A stretch of 63,518 bases of DNA, counting the filler, from Octopus bimaculoides (taxonomy: Eukaryota): NCBI RefSeq assembly GCF_001194135.2. It is 5 parts of 5 records of this genome, joined end to end, with 100 filler letters (N's around TTAATTAATTAA, not from the genome) between each part and the next. Parts side by side here need not be neighbours in the genome. Positions count along the whole stretch, not along the records: positions 1 to 27,849 come from NC_068997.1; positions 27,950 to 49,065 come from NC_068988.1; 3 more parts are not named here. The stretch is one strand, 5' to 3'. The notes below the pieces were generated by a model. The model had not been told where the DNA came from. It ran no database searches and was given only the letters and a program-made list of their open reading frames with translations. Made by a program: the position numbers and the translations under genes. The first letter of the stretch is position 1; every line of letters begins with the position of its first letter. Shown piece by piece: positions 24,966-37,039 of the stretch.

Positions 24966-25989
24966 ACGATCTGTTTCTGTCGGACAGTAGAATTTACTAC
25001 AATGGTAGTTGTAATAATAATAATAATGATAATGATGATGATGATAATAATAATAATAATAATAATAATACCAATAGTGATGAGTCTGTTAATGGTATTA
25101 GGTTTGGTAGGGGCAGTGGAGAAGGTGGCATTTGTTAGATGTTACGGAAGAGTAAGTAGTTAGCTGCAGACACACATGATAGGATTAATGTTCTTGGGAG
25201 ACGACAGGAAGGAGAGAAAGTTAGCTGTGTTGGAATTACCGATATTTCTCTTGTGTTGGCAGCGGCAATAAGAGATGAAGGATTCGAGGCTTTTATTATT
25301 GCTGTATTAAACACTTGTGGACCTCCATTCTTCATAGCATACCTCTTCATGTTGCTCCGTCTCTGTCCCTCCCTCTCACGTATGTCTGTGTGTCTATGCA
25401 CACACACACATATATATATATATATNNNNNNNNNNNNNNNNNNNNNNNNNNNNNNNNNNNNNNNNNNNNNNNNNNNNNNNNNNNNNNNNNNNNNNNNNNN
25501 NNNNNNNNNNNNNNNNNNNNNNNNNNNNNNNNNNNNNNNNNNNNNNNNNNNNNNNNNNNNNNNNNNNNNNNNNNNNNNNNNNNNNNNNNNNNNNNNNNNN
25601 NNNNNNNNNNNNNNNTATATATGTGTGTATATATATATATATATATGTACACATGTATATATGCACTTGGGTCTATCTCTCTGGTTTCCTTTCTGCATCT
25701 CTTCTCTTCCTTCCTCTCTCTCTCTCTCTCTCCGTCTCCTCCGTTATCTCTCTTTGATATAAGGAAACGGCAATTTCAAAAGTCAACACAAAACTAAACT
25801 ACAGGGATATGCGGAATATATTACCATTGTTAGAACGGTGTGGTGGTGGTGGTGGCGGCTGTGTGGGCAGTCGTGGCACTAGTATTGGTAGTTGCGATTG
25901 TGGTGGTTAAAGTGGAAGTTAGAGCAGAGACTATGCCTTTTGTAACCATAGAAACATCGGTGGTTGCTGTTGCGTGTGGGGGTGAGGGT

Positions 25990-26201
25990 AATAGTAGTAG
26001 TAGCAGCAGTAGTAGTAATAATAGCAGTAGTAGTAGTAGTAGCAGCAGCAGTTGCAATAGTAGTAGTAGTAGTAGCAGTAGCAGTAGTAGTAACAGCAGT
26101 AGTAGTAGTAGTAGTAGTAACAGCAGTAATAGTAGTAGTAGCTATAGTGGTTGTCATAATGTTGGTGTTGGTTGTTGTGATTGTGGTTCTTATTATTGCT
26201 A

Positions 26202-26232
<31 letters not shown>
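25990..26232 (+). repeat. (AGT)n/(AGC)n/(AAT)n compound trinucleotide microsatellite
   Basis: Directly visible; similar arrays at 14650-14810, 20300-20620 and 59510-59620. Confidence 0.95.
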
Positions 26233-26449
26233 TCCTTTCTACAATAGGCACAAGGCCTGAAATTTTGGGGGAGGGTGCCACTCAATTAGATTGATCCCCA
26301 GTATGCAACTGGTACTTAATTTATCAACCCTGAAAGGATGAAAGGCAAAGTCGACCTCGGCAGAATTTGAACTCAGAACGTCAAGACAGACCGAATACCG
26401 CTAAGCATTTCACCCAGCATGCTAACGTTTCTGCCAGCTTACCACCTTA
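26233..26449 (-). mobile_element. SINE family C, full length, embedded in (AAT)n
   Basis: Reverse complement starts AAGGTGGTAAGCTGGCAGAAACGTTAGCATGCTGGG, contains GAGTTCAAATTCTGCCGAGGTCGACTTTGCC (B-box) and ends GTAGAAAGGATTATTATT; a second partial copy lies at 26464-26550. Confidence 0.85.
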
Positions 26450-26556
26450 ATAATAATAATGATAATCCTTTCTACTGAAAGCACAAGGCCATGAAATTGT
26501 AGGGGAGGGGACTAGTCGATTACATTAACCCCAGTGAATCGCTGGTATTTAATAAC

Positions 26557-26587
<31 letters not shown>

Positions 26588-26654
26588 GTGGTAGTGACTA
26601 AGGTTTAGTTAACAGAACTAATAGTAGTAGTGGTTATTGTTGTTGTTGTTTAGG

Positions 26655-26890
26655 TAGAGGTCACAGTCGGAAAGTGGAGGCGGTTTCGATTCCCAGACCA
26701 GGCGTTGTGAGTGTTTATTGAGCAAAAACACCGAAAGCTCCACGAGGCTCCGGCAGGGGATGGTGGCGAACCCTGCTGTACTCTTCCACCACAACTTTCT
26801 CTTCCTGTTTCTTTTGTGCCTGTAATTCAAAGGGTCAGCCTTTTCACACTGTGTCACGCTGAATATCCCCGAGAACTATGTTAAGGCTCC
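26655..26890 (+). mobile_element. SINE family E, partial
   Basis: GCGGTTTCGATTCCCAGACCAGGCGTTGTGAGTGTTTATTGAGC...GAGGCTCCGGCAGGGGATGGTGGCGAACCC...GTGTCACGCTGAATATCCCCGAGAACTA. Confidence 0.85.
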
Positions 26891-26958
26891 TGCTTTTTCA
26901 AGACAGTAGGGCATGATTTGCAAGACATTTGGTAACTATTTCTAGCGAATCAAATCAT

Positions 26959-27045
<87 letters not shown>

Positions 27046-27299
27046 AGCTTTCTCTTCAGTTAGTGGTGGTGGTGGGAGGGGGGAATTAAAATTGAATGTG
27101 ATTAAGAAATGGTCCATCACTGGAATGGTGCCAGAACCAACATTAAAACCTGACCATTTGTCTCAGCACAGGAAGAATTCTTGCATCACTGCTGTGTGTC
27201 TTGGTTATGTCCAATAAAGTTGTTAATATGTGGTGGTGGTGGTGGTAGTAGTAGTAGTAGCAAATGATGGAATGGATGGACAGGCAGGTAGGCTGATGA

Positions 27300-27630
27300 T
27301 GTCTGGGTGATACTTACAGTTGTTAGTTGGTCAAGCAGTGTGTGTGTGTGTGACCTTAAGTAGTTTTGTTGGTCAGAGTGTGTGACCAACAAATTGCATC
27401 TGGTGAGGCCTGAAGTTGTTAACTGGTCAATGAGTATGAAAGAGACTTGAGGTAGTTTCTTAGCCAAACTGTGAGTGAGGCCTGAAGTGGTTTGTAGGTG
27501 AGTATGAGTGAAGCTTGTGGTAGTCAGTTGGTTGGTCAAAGAGTTATGAGTCTGACCTGCGGTAGATTTGTTGATCAAAAGTGTGAGTGAAGGCAGAGAT
27601 AGTTAATTGGTCAAGAAATGTAAGTCAGAA
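27300..27630 (+). repeat. Degenerate ~35-40 bp minisatellite
   Basis: Recurring GTGAGTGAGGCCTGAAGT..TTA.TTGGTCAA units, about 8 imperfect copies. Confidence 0.65.
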
Positions 27631-27643
27631 GATAGTTTATTCA

Positions 27644-27686
<43 letters not shown>

Positions 27687-27849
27687 GTTTAATGTCCGCT
27701 TTCCATGCTAGCATGGGTTGGACGATTTGACTGAGGACTGGTGAAACCGGATGGCAACACCAGGCTCCAATCTAATTTGACAGAGTTTCTACAGCTGGAT
27801 GCCCTTCCTAACGCCAACCACTCAGAGAGTGTAGTGGGTGCTTTTACGT
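27644..27849 (-). mobile_element. SINE/LINE-tail family B, cut by gap
   Basis: (CAT)n CGTTTAATGTCCGCTTTCCATGCTAGCATGGGTTGGACG...CCTAACGCCAACCACTCAGAGAGTGTAGTGGGTGC. Confidence 0.85.
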
Positions 27850-27949
27850 NNNNNNNNNNNNNNNNNNNNNNNNNNNNNNNNNNNNNNNNNNNNTTAATTA
27901 ATTAANNNNNNNNNNNNNNNNNNNNNNNNNNNNNNNNNNNNNNNNNNNN

Positions 27950-27990
<41 letters not shown>

Positions 27991-29659
27991 CACACACATG
28001 TATTTTATATGTAAATATTATATATATTAATATATGATATGTGTCTAATAGACAACGTATGAGGGTTCGACAATTTCTTAGCGAACAACCACACAGATGA
28101 TTTGTTTATAGTGATCAAATATTTCTGCAGACATAAGCTCACTCCCTCCATCAGATTGACATTACCTATACAGGTGCAACAGGTGCCACATGTCAAAATG
28201 ATCACAGAGAAACATGAAATGAAGTGCTTTGTTCATGAACACGATGCAATGCCAGGTCTGGGAATTTAACCCACAATCTTGCTTGATTTAAATGATGAAC
28301 CCACGATCTAAATGACTTGAGATACTTGTTCTGTTTTGGTTTTGCATTTTCCTCTAATATAATATATGCCTGCTATAACGGATCCCAAATATGGATCCCT
28401 AGATCCAGCCTCAGCTGTGAACCTGGTACCTAACAGATGACCAACTATAGCACTTACTCTGTGTACTTATTCATTTAGATCACAAGTAAACAAAACCCCT
28501 CATATTCTATAATATATATATTTATATATACACATATATACAGATATAGATTATATATATATATATAAATATNNNNNNNNNNTATATATATCAATGTGTG
28601 TGTGTCTGTGAGTGAGTTCATATATCTCCTGATCTTGACATGTCTGCTGATTGTAAACAATGACTTTACAGAGAAAAACTGTCATTTGCATGCAGTCTCC
28701 TGCAAAAGCATATCTGGGGCTCTTTAACATGTCTTGACATGCTGCATGATCTGAATGAATGAAAAACTTGTTCAACAGATATCATTTGTTTGCTGCTTCT
28801 TCTTTAACAATATCCAGGTTGTTTGTTGTTGGATAAACTACAGGATTATTACCTCACTCAGAAGTAGGTCGGACTGGAGTCAGGAAGGGCATTGACCATA
28901 GAGGAATCTGTCCTATGTTAGCCTCATCTTAACTCTGTCTTCATTTCCTTGCAAGCATGCAAAAGTGAAAAGCATATGTTAGAATGATGATCACCTCTCT
29001 CTGTAACTTAGCAGTTCAACCAAAAGACGACTATAGACTTAGTACCAGATTTTAAAATAACTTAAGTTTGATTTGACCATCTAAAACCTTGAAGCTGATG
29101 CCTCAGAATGGTTGCAGTCCAATGACTGAAACAAGTGGAAGATTGATACCATATAGATATATATTTAGATATTCTGAAATTTTAAACCACTGTATTACAT
29201 CATTCTTGAGTCAATATATAGCTTCGAAGAAATCTGATAGAGCTGTGTGACATACGAAAGTTTTATCGCCTGTTTTTCATGTTTACAGTGAAACTTTCAT
29301 CTTAGTGCGTTAATGACTGGACTAATTATTCGTATACATATTAGATTGGCTAATTTATTTTATTATGTTGTAATTGATTAAATAAGTAAAAACAATAACA
29401 ATAACAACCACATTAATGGCAGCAACCAAAAATTGAAGAAAGATGCAATTTACACAACTCTAAAATCAGTGATAATTTCTGAATTGGCAACAAACATTAT
29501 GTTCAAGGCAATTTTCACAAAGTAATTAAATCAAAGTAATGAGTTAAACAGTTTTCACTTCTGATGATTATCGCAAAAACAAACTAAATGAATAAATCTC
29601 ATTCATTCTTTTGTGATTTTATCATTCATTTTTATTTATTTTTCGAATAGGTTTTATAT

Positions 29660-29678
29660 CAATATATATAAATCCATA

Positions 29679-29748
<70 letters not shown>

Positions 29749-29917
29749 TACACACACATATATATATATATATAAACATACATACATATATACGTATGTG
29801 TGTGTGTGTATAGCTATATATTTATACATATGTGTGCATATATTATGCATATATATGCATATACATACATATCTATCTATATATATGTATGTATACATAT
29901 GTATATATACATATATG

Positions 29918-29962
<45 letters not shown>

Positions 29963-29991
29963 ATATATGTATATGCATGTTTATATATATA

Positions 29992-30059
<68 letters not shown>

Positions 30060-30062
30060 TAT
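29660..30062. repeat. (TA)n/(TG)n/(CATA)n compound microsatellite
   Basis: Directly visible; the source of the YIYIYI pseudo-ORFs. Confidence 0.95.
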
Positions 30063-30382
30063 CCAGTGAAGGTGTGTGGTTAGGCTAATGCACCAATGAT
30101 TGCAAGATCATGGTTTTGATTCCTGGATTGGGTGGTACATTGTGTTCTTGAGTAAAACACATCATTTTTGCATTGGTCTGTGATCAGCTCAACATCTGAT
30201 GTGTGACATACTGTGCACCTAAGCAAGCAATGTCAATTTCATAAAGGAAGAGGGCTAATCGATTGCACCAAAATGTGATCACCATCAACAAATGCTATGC
30301 ATAGGTTGTTAAGTAAGAATTCGTAGATCACTCATCTTTTGTCTGCAAGAACAAGGTCCACAATATATATATATATATATAT

Positions 30383-31359
30383 AAGCATTTACTAACAAAA
30401 CCTAGTGCTCCAATTATTATTGCTATGAATATGAATTCATAGTCTGGTTATAGAAGCTGTAGGTTTCGAAGCAGTTGTCAATAGATAACTTCTTGTTCTC
30501 TGATTTTCAAAGAGATATTTATATCTTCAGGGCAGTTAACCTCTATGATGGTACATACCTTTGCCCCCTCTATGCCAAACAACAATATCCAGCCTGTTAT
30601 GCTTACATTTGACAGAAGCTTTGATGGGAATATTCCACCAGTATTCCTTGAGTTGGTGTTTATGAATGTATTCTATAACAGGGATTTTCTAAGTTTATTT
30701 TAGGACAATCTTTTTGCGGATGGCATTGTAAATTGTTTTAGCAACAACATCATGCCACATAGGGAGGTAGTACCTTGATGATATTTTAGGACTTATCGCA
30801 TATGTAATGTCTTCCACAGAAACGACGTAGCCCACACATGTGGTTGCACTTTGGGATTACAAGAGTATCACAGTCTCTCTTGTTCACCAGGTACTTTGTG
30901 GCAATCTCCTGTTCCTGGATTGCAAATGCTTAGCCTTCAAAGTGTGATGTGATGTAGTGGTCTTGTGTCCAAGAGATGCTGTGCTTCATGACAATTCTAC
31001 TGTCTTCTTAAAGCAACATACTCATGCACAGTCTTTTTTTTTTTTGCATGCTGAGTGCTTTCCATCCAGGTCTTCTCTGAGGTAAGAGAGTCCAGCTGTT
31101 TTGGGGCTGTATAGGAAATCATCAGGAGGAGAGTGTTTCTTGAGGAGTTCACTACCAACACATACAATGTTGTTCACTTCACTTCCCATGACTGCACTAA
31201 TATATTTATTTTTGCTGCTGTTGGTTAGCTGGTGCTGCTTGAGAAGTGCCATACAGCATTCAAAGGCCGTCTGCACTGATCTCAGGCCTCTACCACCTTC
31301 ATTTCTTCTTAGATAGAGCCTTTTAACATCACTGTTTCTGTAGAAGTTACCAGTTTTTG
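30383..31359 (-). mobile_element. Decayed R4/Dong-clade non-LTR retrotransposon, 3' part (RT thumb, zinc knuckle, REL endonuclease)
   Basis: Translates as NSDVKRLYLRRNEGGRGL (clade motif D.RLY..R..GGRGL), FEG*AFAIQEQEIATKY, VEDITYAIS..RYYLPMWHDVVAKTIY, then HNRLDIVVW..CTIIEVNCP..IIIGALG; stops and frameshifts present. Confidence 0.85.
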
Positions 31360-31377
31360 TATGTATGTATGTAGGCA

Positions 31378-31600
31378 CCTAGCACAGTGGTTAGAGCATT
31401 GGGCTCACAATCATGAGGTAATGAGTATGATTTCTGGACCAAGCTGTATTGTGTTTTTGAGCAAGACCCTTTCTTGCATGTTGCTCCAGTTCACTCAGTT
31501 GTAGAAATGAGTTGTGGCATAACTGGTACCAAACTGTATCAACGTTTGCCTTTCTTTTGGATAATATCGGTGGTGTGATGAGGGGAGACAGGTTATGGAA
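31378..31600 (+). mobile_element. SINE family D
   Basis: TAGCACAGTGGTTAGAGC (A-box-like), TGTGTTTTTGAGCAAGACC, GTTGCTCCAGTTCACTCAG, TTTGCCTTTCTTTTGGATAA. Confidence 0.65.
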
Positions 31601-32666
31601 TATAAGTGGTCAGAAAATCACCACTGCTTTCATGCCTATAAAATAAGTAAGTCATCAGACCTGCTGGCAAGAAGCAAATGGCCTCTTTACTAATGGAACT
31701 AACTATACAATCTTAGTTTGATGGTGAAAAAAATAGACTATACTTTTGATTTTTCCATTCTTTTGTTTTGAAAATTTGCATAATCCATGTGCTTTCTTGA
31801 ATTCAAGAAATGAAATTTTTAACTAATGCCATCATGACAGAAAATTTGTTTTGAAAAACTTGGTCTTCCCCATTTATGGACTGTTGGACAGAAAAAGGTA
31901 CACAGGCTGACCCATTTGGGCCACATATGGAATCCTTCAAGAGGAAGTAACTCTTATTTCCCTCTGGGAAAGGATTTTTTTCCATTTCAGTTTTTTCCTC
32001 ACAAAACTAACTGACACTATATTTACTTTTATTAGTAAAGTGTGTGCTTCCAGGCACCAAGTCAAATGAATGACTTATATTTCTAAATGCAATAGTAGAC
32101 ATGAAACCAATATTAAATTTCTCACCAGTTATATGCCATAAATATGGATATGCTACTCAACTATATAAAATATTTATATATTTATATGCATTCATATATA
32201 CATGTGTGCATATATGATTCTGTGCATGTATCTTCTAAGTCAGTTAACATTCTGTGAGAATCATCAGTTAAAACCATACGGTCATCATACAAACAAAATG
32301 CACAAATAGTTATTTAAGTTTCTTGTCACGATCAACATATTGTAGGAGGGATCATTTTTCTTGAGTATAGTGGATCAAATGTCCAATAATCTTCAGAATT
32401 AATCTATATTTCCAATAAATTACAGAAATAAGAATAGTAATTCACCAGCATTTAGGTGTAAAAGAGGAAGGAAATGGGACGGTGAAAAGATGGTGGCTCA
32501 TAAAGATATAAGTTGGCTAGATCCAGGGTAGAATGAAAAGATCCATATGAGCTTATGTGTCATCCTGTAACAACATGATAATACGATCAATACATGTGTG
32601 TGCATGTGTAAGTATTTATTTATATACACACACATATATACATATATATATATGCATACACACACA

Positions 32667-32714
<48 letters not shown>

Positions 32715-32890
32715 TATGTATATGCATCTATATATATATAAACACAAATATTTTAAATATTGTTGTATATATGTATGTGTGTTTACATATGTGGATGCAC
32801 ATATACTTATCTATATTTGATATTTAATTTCATATATGTATCTATATGTATGTACATATACATACACATGCATACACACACACAGACACG

Positions 32891-32933
<43 letters not shown>

Positions 32934-33589
32934 AAAGATGCTCACTTACAAACATATATACAGGAATACATATAAACATAGCTTATGATAACATAGGTAT
33001 TAACAAAATTGTATATTGAAAAGTAATTATGGAAACCATTCAGAATTATGTTTATAAAACATACACAAAATCATACTCTGTAACAAACAACATAAGGATA
33101 GATAGGACACCCATGAAAGATCAAATGACATTTTGATAATTTACTTGTTCACAAATGGGATATCAATACAACAATAACAACATTAATAATAATAACAACA
33201 ACAATAATAATAATATAAAATATTCTTCTGGATTATACCACAAAATAAACAGAAAAATTGAAAAATCAATCCCTTATAGTTTTACAATATATAATGTGAA
33301 CCAGTGAGAGAACATCTCCATGGTCATTCAACCAGCCAGAATTAAGAGCCAAACCACTCTCAAATCAAATTTTGCCATCTTAGAAAAAAGACACATTATC
33401 CGAAAAAGAAAATGGGCTGTTCATGGCCAGAATGGTTTAGGGTTGAAATGGTGCAAAACAACAGCAACATATTATGTAAAACCCTCTCTGAGTGATTGCA
33501 TGCATATTGATAACATTCATAAGTAGTGATTTCTTTGTGGCAAATATCAGGCCAATATTTTTATAGAGAAGTTGGTATGGTCAATTTAG

Positions 33590-33960
33590 CTTTGCCCTTC
33601 CTTGAACTTCTATATTTCATGCACTCCAGTTTTCTAATCCACCGAGAGCTGGATTTATATTCTATTTGCCCTGGGTGCTACACATAGATATTTTGCTGAC
33701 TCTAATTTCTATATTTTATTGCCCTCTTACTCTAGTTTGCAATCTATCAATGCCAGGTTGCATATATTTTGTTAACCCAAGTTCTGTATTACATTAATCT
33801 TAGATCTTATATTTCAATGTCCTCAGTTTTATAATCCATTCACCCCAATTTCTACATTTTGGCCATACTTCTGTGTCTTATTGACTCCAAATCCACATTT
33901 CACTAACCCAAGTTTCTATATTTCTTCCATTCTAGGTTCTGTATTTCACTGTCATTCCTT
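33590..33960 (+). repeat. Highly degenerate tandem repeat built on TTCTATATTTC
   Basis: Variants TTCTATATTTC / TTCTGTATTTC / TTCTACATTTT recur every ~20-45 bp. Confidence 0.5.
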
Positions 33961-34823
33961 TCATAACTGCCTCAGCAAGGTGGCTTAGTACTTGCCATTG
34001 AAGGTGTGACCCTTTCCAAGATAATCAATAAAAAAAATGCCTGTTGCATCCCAAATGACTGAGGCCATCGCCATCCCTGCCGATCAAATGATGTTGGCCT
34101 TCTTTGGTGCAGGTGATATGGGATTTCTGTACTGCATGGATTGTCTCATTGTCTCTGGCTCAAAGCGATGAGGCCAACAGTTATCCTGGGCTAGGAAACG
34201 TTCAAAGAAACCACCATTGTCTGCCTCAAACAATGTCATATTTTCCTGTGATGTCATTTGATCAAGTGTCAGAGGATGCAGAACCCACAGAGCAGAAACC
34301 TTCATCATGCCAAGTTCATCATGGTGCAGAATATTCTCAACTCTCTCATAAGATATACTAATAGCATTGGCTATTTGATCAATAGTCAATCACCTATCAT
34401 CCATCACCATGTGGTGAACAATCAATATTATCCTCAGTGGTGGTAGTTGAGGGATGTCCAGACCTTGGAGTGTATTCAAGGCTCTACTGTCCCCTCCTAA
34501 ATTGAACTATCTACTTTTGCACTGTTGATAAAGCTGGAATATCATCCCTTAATGTAGCAACCATGTCGACATGAATATCCTTAGAGGCTAAACTCTTTTT
34601 CTGCAGGTACTTGATGACATCATAATGCCAAATTCTGTCAATTTTCAAGAGAAGTTGCTACTAGTTACTTTTGAAGTCCTCTCTAAACAGTCAGATGTCA
34701 GTTTATCTGGAAAAAAAATAATGCAGCTTTTAATAAGAATGGTTGAAATTAATACATGCAAGATTTCACAGCTCTAGCATCACTCCTTCATAGTCAGCCT
34801 ATCAACTTTTTAGCCCACCCTTG
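33961..34823 (-). mobile_element. Decayed mariner transposon, 5' TIR plus N-terminal part of the transposase
   Basis: DRIWHYDVIKYLQKK..DIHVDMVATLRDD..PRSGHP (HTH), TIDQIANAISISYERVENILH..ELGMMKVSALWV, FLAQDNCWPHRFEPETMRQSMQ (first catalytic D), MASVIWDATGIFFIDYL; end ..AGGGTGGGCTAAAAAGTT. Confidence 0.9.
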
Positions 34824-34983
34824 TGTGTGTGTGTGTGTGTGCATGTGCACATGCATGTATATGCATATATATATTCTTTTATTCTGTTATATTTAACTTG
34901 TTTCAGTCATTTGACTGTGGGCATGCTGAACACTGCCTTGAATGGTTTTTAGTCAAATGAATTTTTATAACATGGTTTCTATA

Positions 34984-35285
34984 TGTGTCACCTTAGTGTC
35001 GTGTGCTAATACAGTGTGATACATAGTACCACAGAACGGTGAAGACACCAACTGTCTCCACTTGATGTATTCCCAAATACTCTGCCAACAACTGTAACCA
35101 ATCCAAAACAACTCTCCAAGAACTATAACAACTTTTTAACAATTTCCTGCGACTCTAAGAACTCACGAATGACACCTTTTGACCTCCTGCAATTTCTCAT
35201 CTCTTGCTCTCAGTCAAACACACTATTACTTATACATGTTTGGTGAGTCCATTCTCACAGGGGTGTCACAATTGTTGCCATAACG
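34984..35285 (-). repeat. Putative LTR of the adjacent Gypsy element
   Basis: On - it directly follows a polypurine tract AAAAGGAGAGA (35286-35296), begins (C/T)GTTATGG and ends in ..CA; no second copy in the window to confirm it. Confidence 0.35.
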
Positions 35286-37007
35286 TCTCTCCTTTTGAGA
35301 TTTGACTTCTGTACGATGTTCAACATGTTTATTTAATGCGGTAAAACATGATCACAAGATTCACTTTTAATTAACATATCATCCAGATATGGAATTGCGA
35401 ATTCACGGTTTGCAAACATTTCATCCATAACCTGTTGAGAAATTGCAGTTGTGACCTTTAGACCAAATGGTAATCTGTTATATTTATATAGTCCTTTATG
35501 CATATTCACTGTTAGGTGTTTTGAGCATTCCTCATCTACTCTAATTTATAGGTACTCATCAGAGAGATCCAATTTCGAAAATATCTTGACCTCTTTTAAA
35601 TTTGCAAGAATATCTTCTGAGTAGGTAGTGGATAGTAACACATTTTCAGACATTCATTCAAGCCAGTGGAAAAATCGACACACACCCTGATTTTGTTATT
35701 CTTCTTTTTGATACGCATCAGTAGAGCTGCCCATTTTGCATATTCCACTTTTTGGATGACTCCAATTTTCTCTAACCTGTCTAATTCTTCATCAAGATTT
35801 TTTATCACAGCAAAAGGTACTGTTCTTTTTGAGTTGAACACTGGTATTGTGTTTTCTTTAATTTGGAAACATGCCTCAGTCTTAGTACACAAACCTAATT
35901 TATCGACAACACTTCAGGAAAAGCATTTTTTTTATTTTCTCTTCAGTGTATCTGACACTTTATTCGTATTGGAGAAACAATTATCTAAGTTTTTACAGAA
36001 CAGATTTATGAGGAGGTCCCATAAATCAAACAAGTCTGTCCAGTCGATACTGAACAAGTTTGTTGAATTTTTTAAACACAAACACTTTTGCTTTACAAGT
36101 TTTACACAAAATGTAATGTCGCTTACCATTTCACCTGAGAAGTGTAATCTTTCACCCGTGATGCCTCATGTACTTTTCGATGTTTCCTTTAATGTAGGTT
36201 TCCCAATCTTCTTCTGCATGTCAGTATTAATAATTATAATGTCATCATATGTATCTAGGTGTAGTTTCATGTTCATGTCGTTTATTTTTACATACACATA
36301 CTTTCTTTATGGGCTGTCATCACGACTTTCTTTTGAGCAAAGCTTTTTAGAATTTTTTTCCCCAACCTTTTTTACTTCACTATGCAGTGAGAGCTTTTGT
36401 GTCCCATTTTTTGACAATTGAAATATTTCCAAGTTTTATATGGATGGTCCTTCTTAAAATGCAGACTCCAGGAGATAATTCCTTCAGTTTAAATTTTTCG
36501 CCCATTTTATTTACGATTCTGGCATAACAGACAAAATCTTCATCCTCTTCTTTTACTAACTTCAAACACTCCCAGCAAGTGTTAAACAAGGAAATCTTAT
36601 CGCTAAACATTTTGGATTGCAACTCAGTTGTTTCTTCTAAACAAAGTTCATTTGTTTATTTAGGCAAGATAAAATTGCAGTATTTTTCATGTTCTAAAGG
36701 ATCTAGTTTCCATAAAAGTAATCACACTTTTTCAACATCTGTCCTACACTTGTATTCTTTCTTGTAGATTTCTTCATATCTTCTGAAGTATGCCAAAAAG
36801 TTATACCTCTTCTGGGTTATAACTAAATTCAGTTATAACATTCGCTACGCTGTCTGGCGAAAATGAACTTGCAGTGTTTTCCGACTTCAAGCTCAGTTCC
36901 ATCAACTGATTGTGTTGTGGTTGTTGTTGTATTTGTTGCTGCAACTCCTGTTACTGCTGCTGTTGTTGCTTTCATAACTGTAATATGTCAACTAATAGGT
37001 CTTCCAT
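35286..37007 (-). mobile_element. Decayed Ty3/Gypsy LTR retrotransposon: gag, protease, RT N-terminus
   Basis: gag MEDLL..FSYNPEE..YFRRYE..KYCNFILPK..SLFNTCWECLKLVK; protease-like LHLDTYDDIII (LDTG site degraded); RT PVFNSKRTVPFA..EELDRLEKIGVI..WAA..RVCVDFSTGLN..YPLP, FSKLDLSD, YNRLPFGLK, YLDD. Confidence 0.9.
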
Positions 37008-37039
37008 AATTAACGAATTAATGTCCAACGTAAACTTCA

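Noticed and set aside
27894-27905. TTAATTAATTAA island inside N gaps, also at 49110-49121, 51578-51589 and 59424-59435
   Set aside because: Each sits between exactly 44 N on either side (100 bp in total) and has stops in all six frames. It is a synthetic scaffolding spacer, not a conserved motif.
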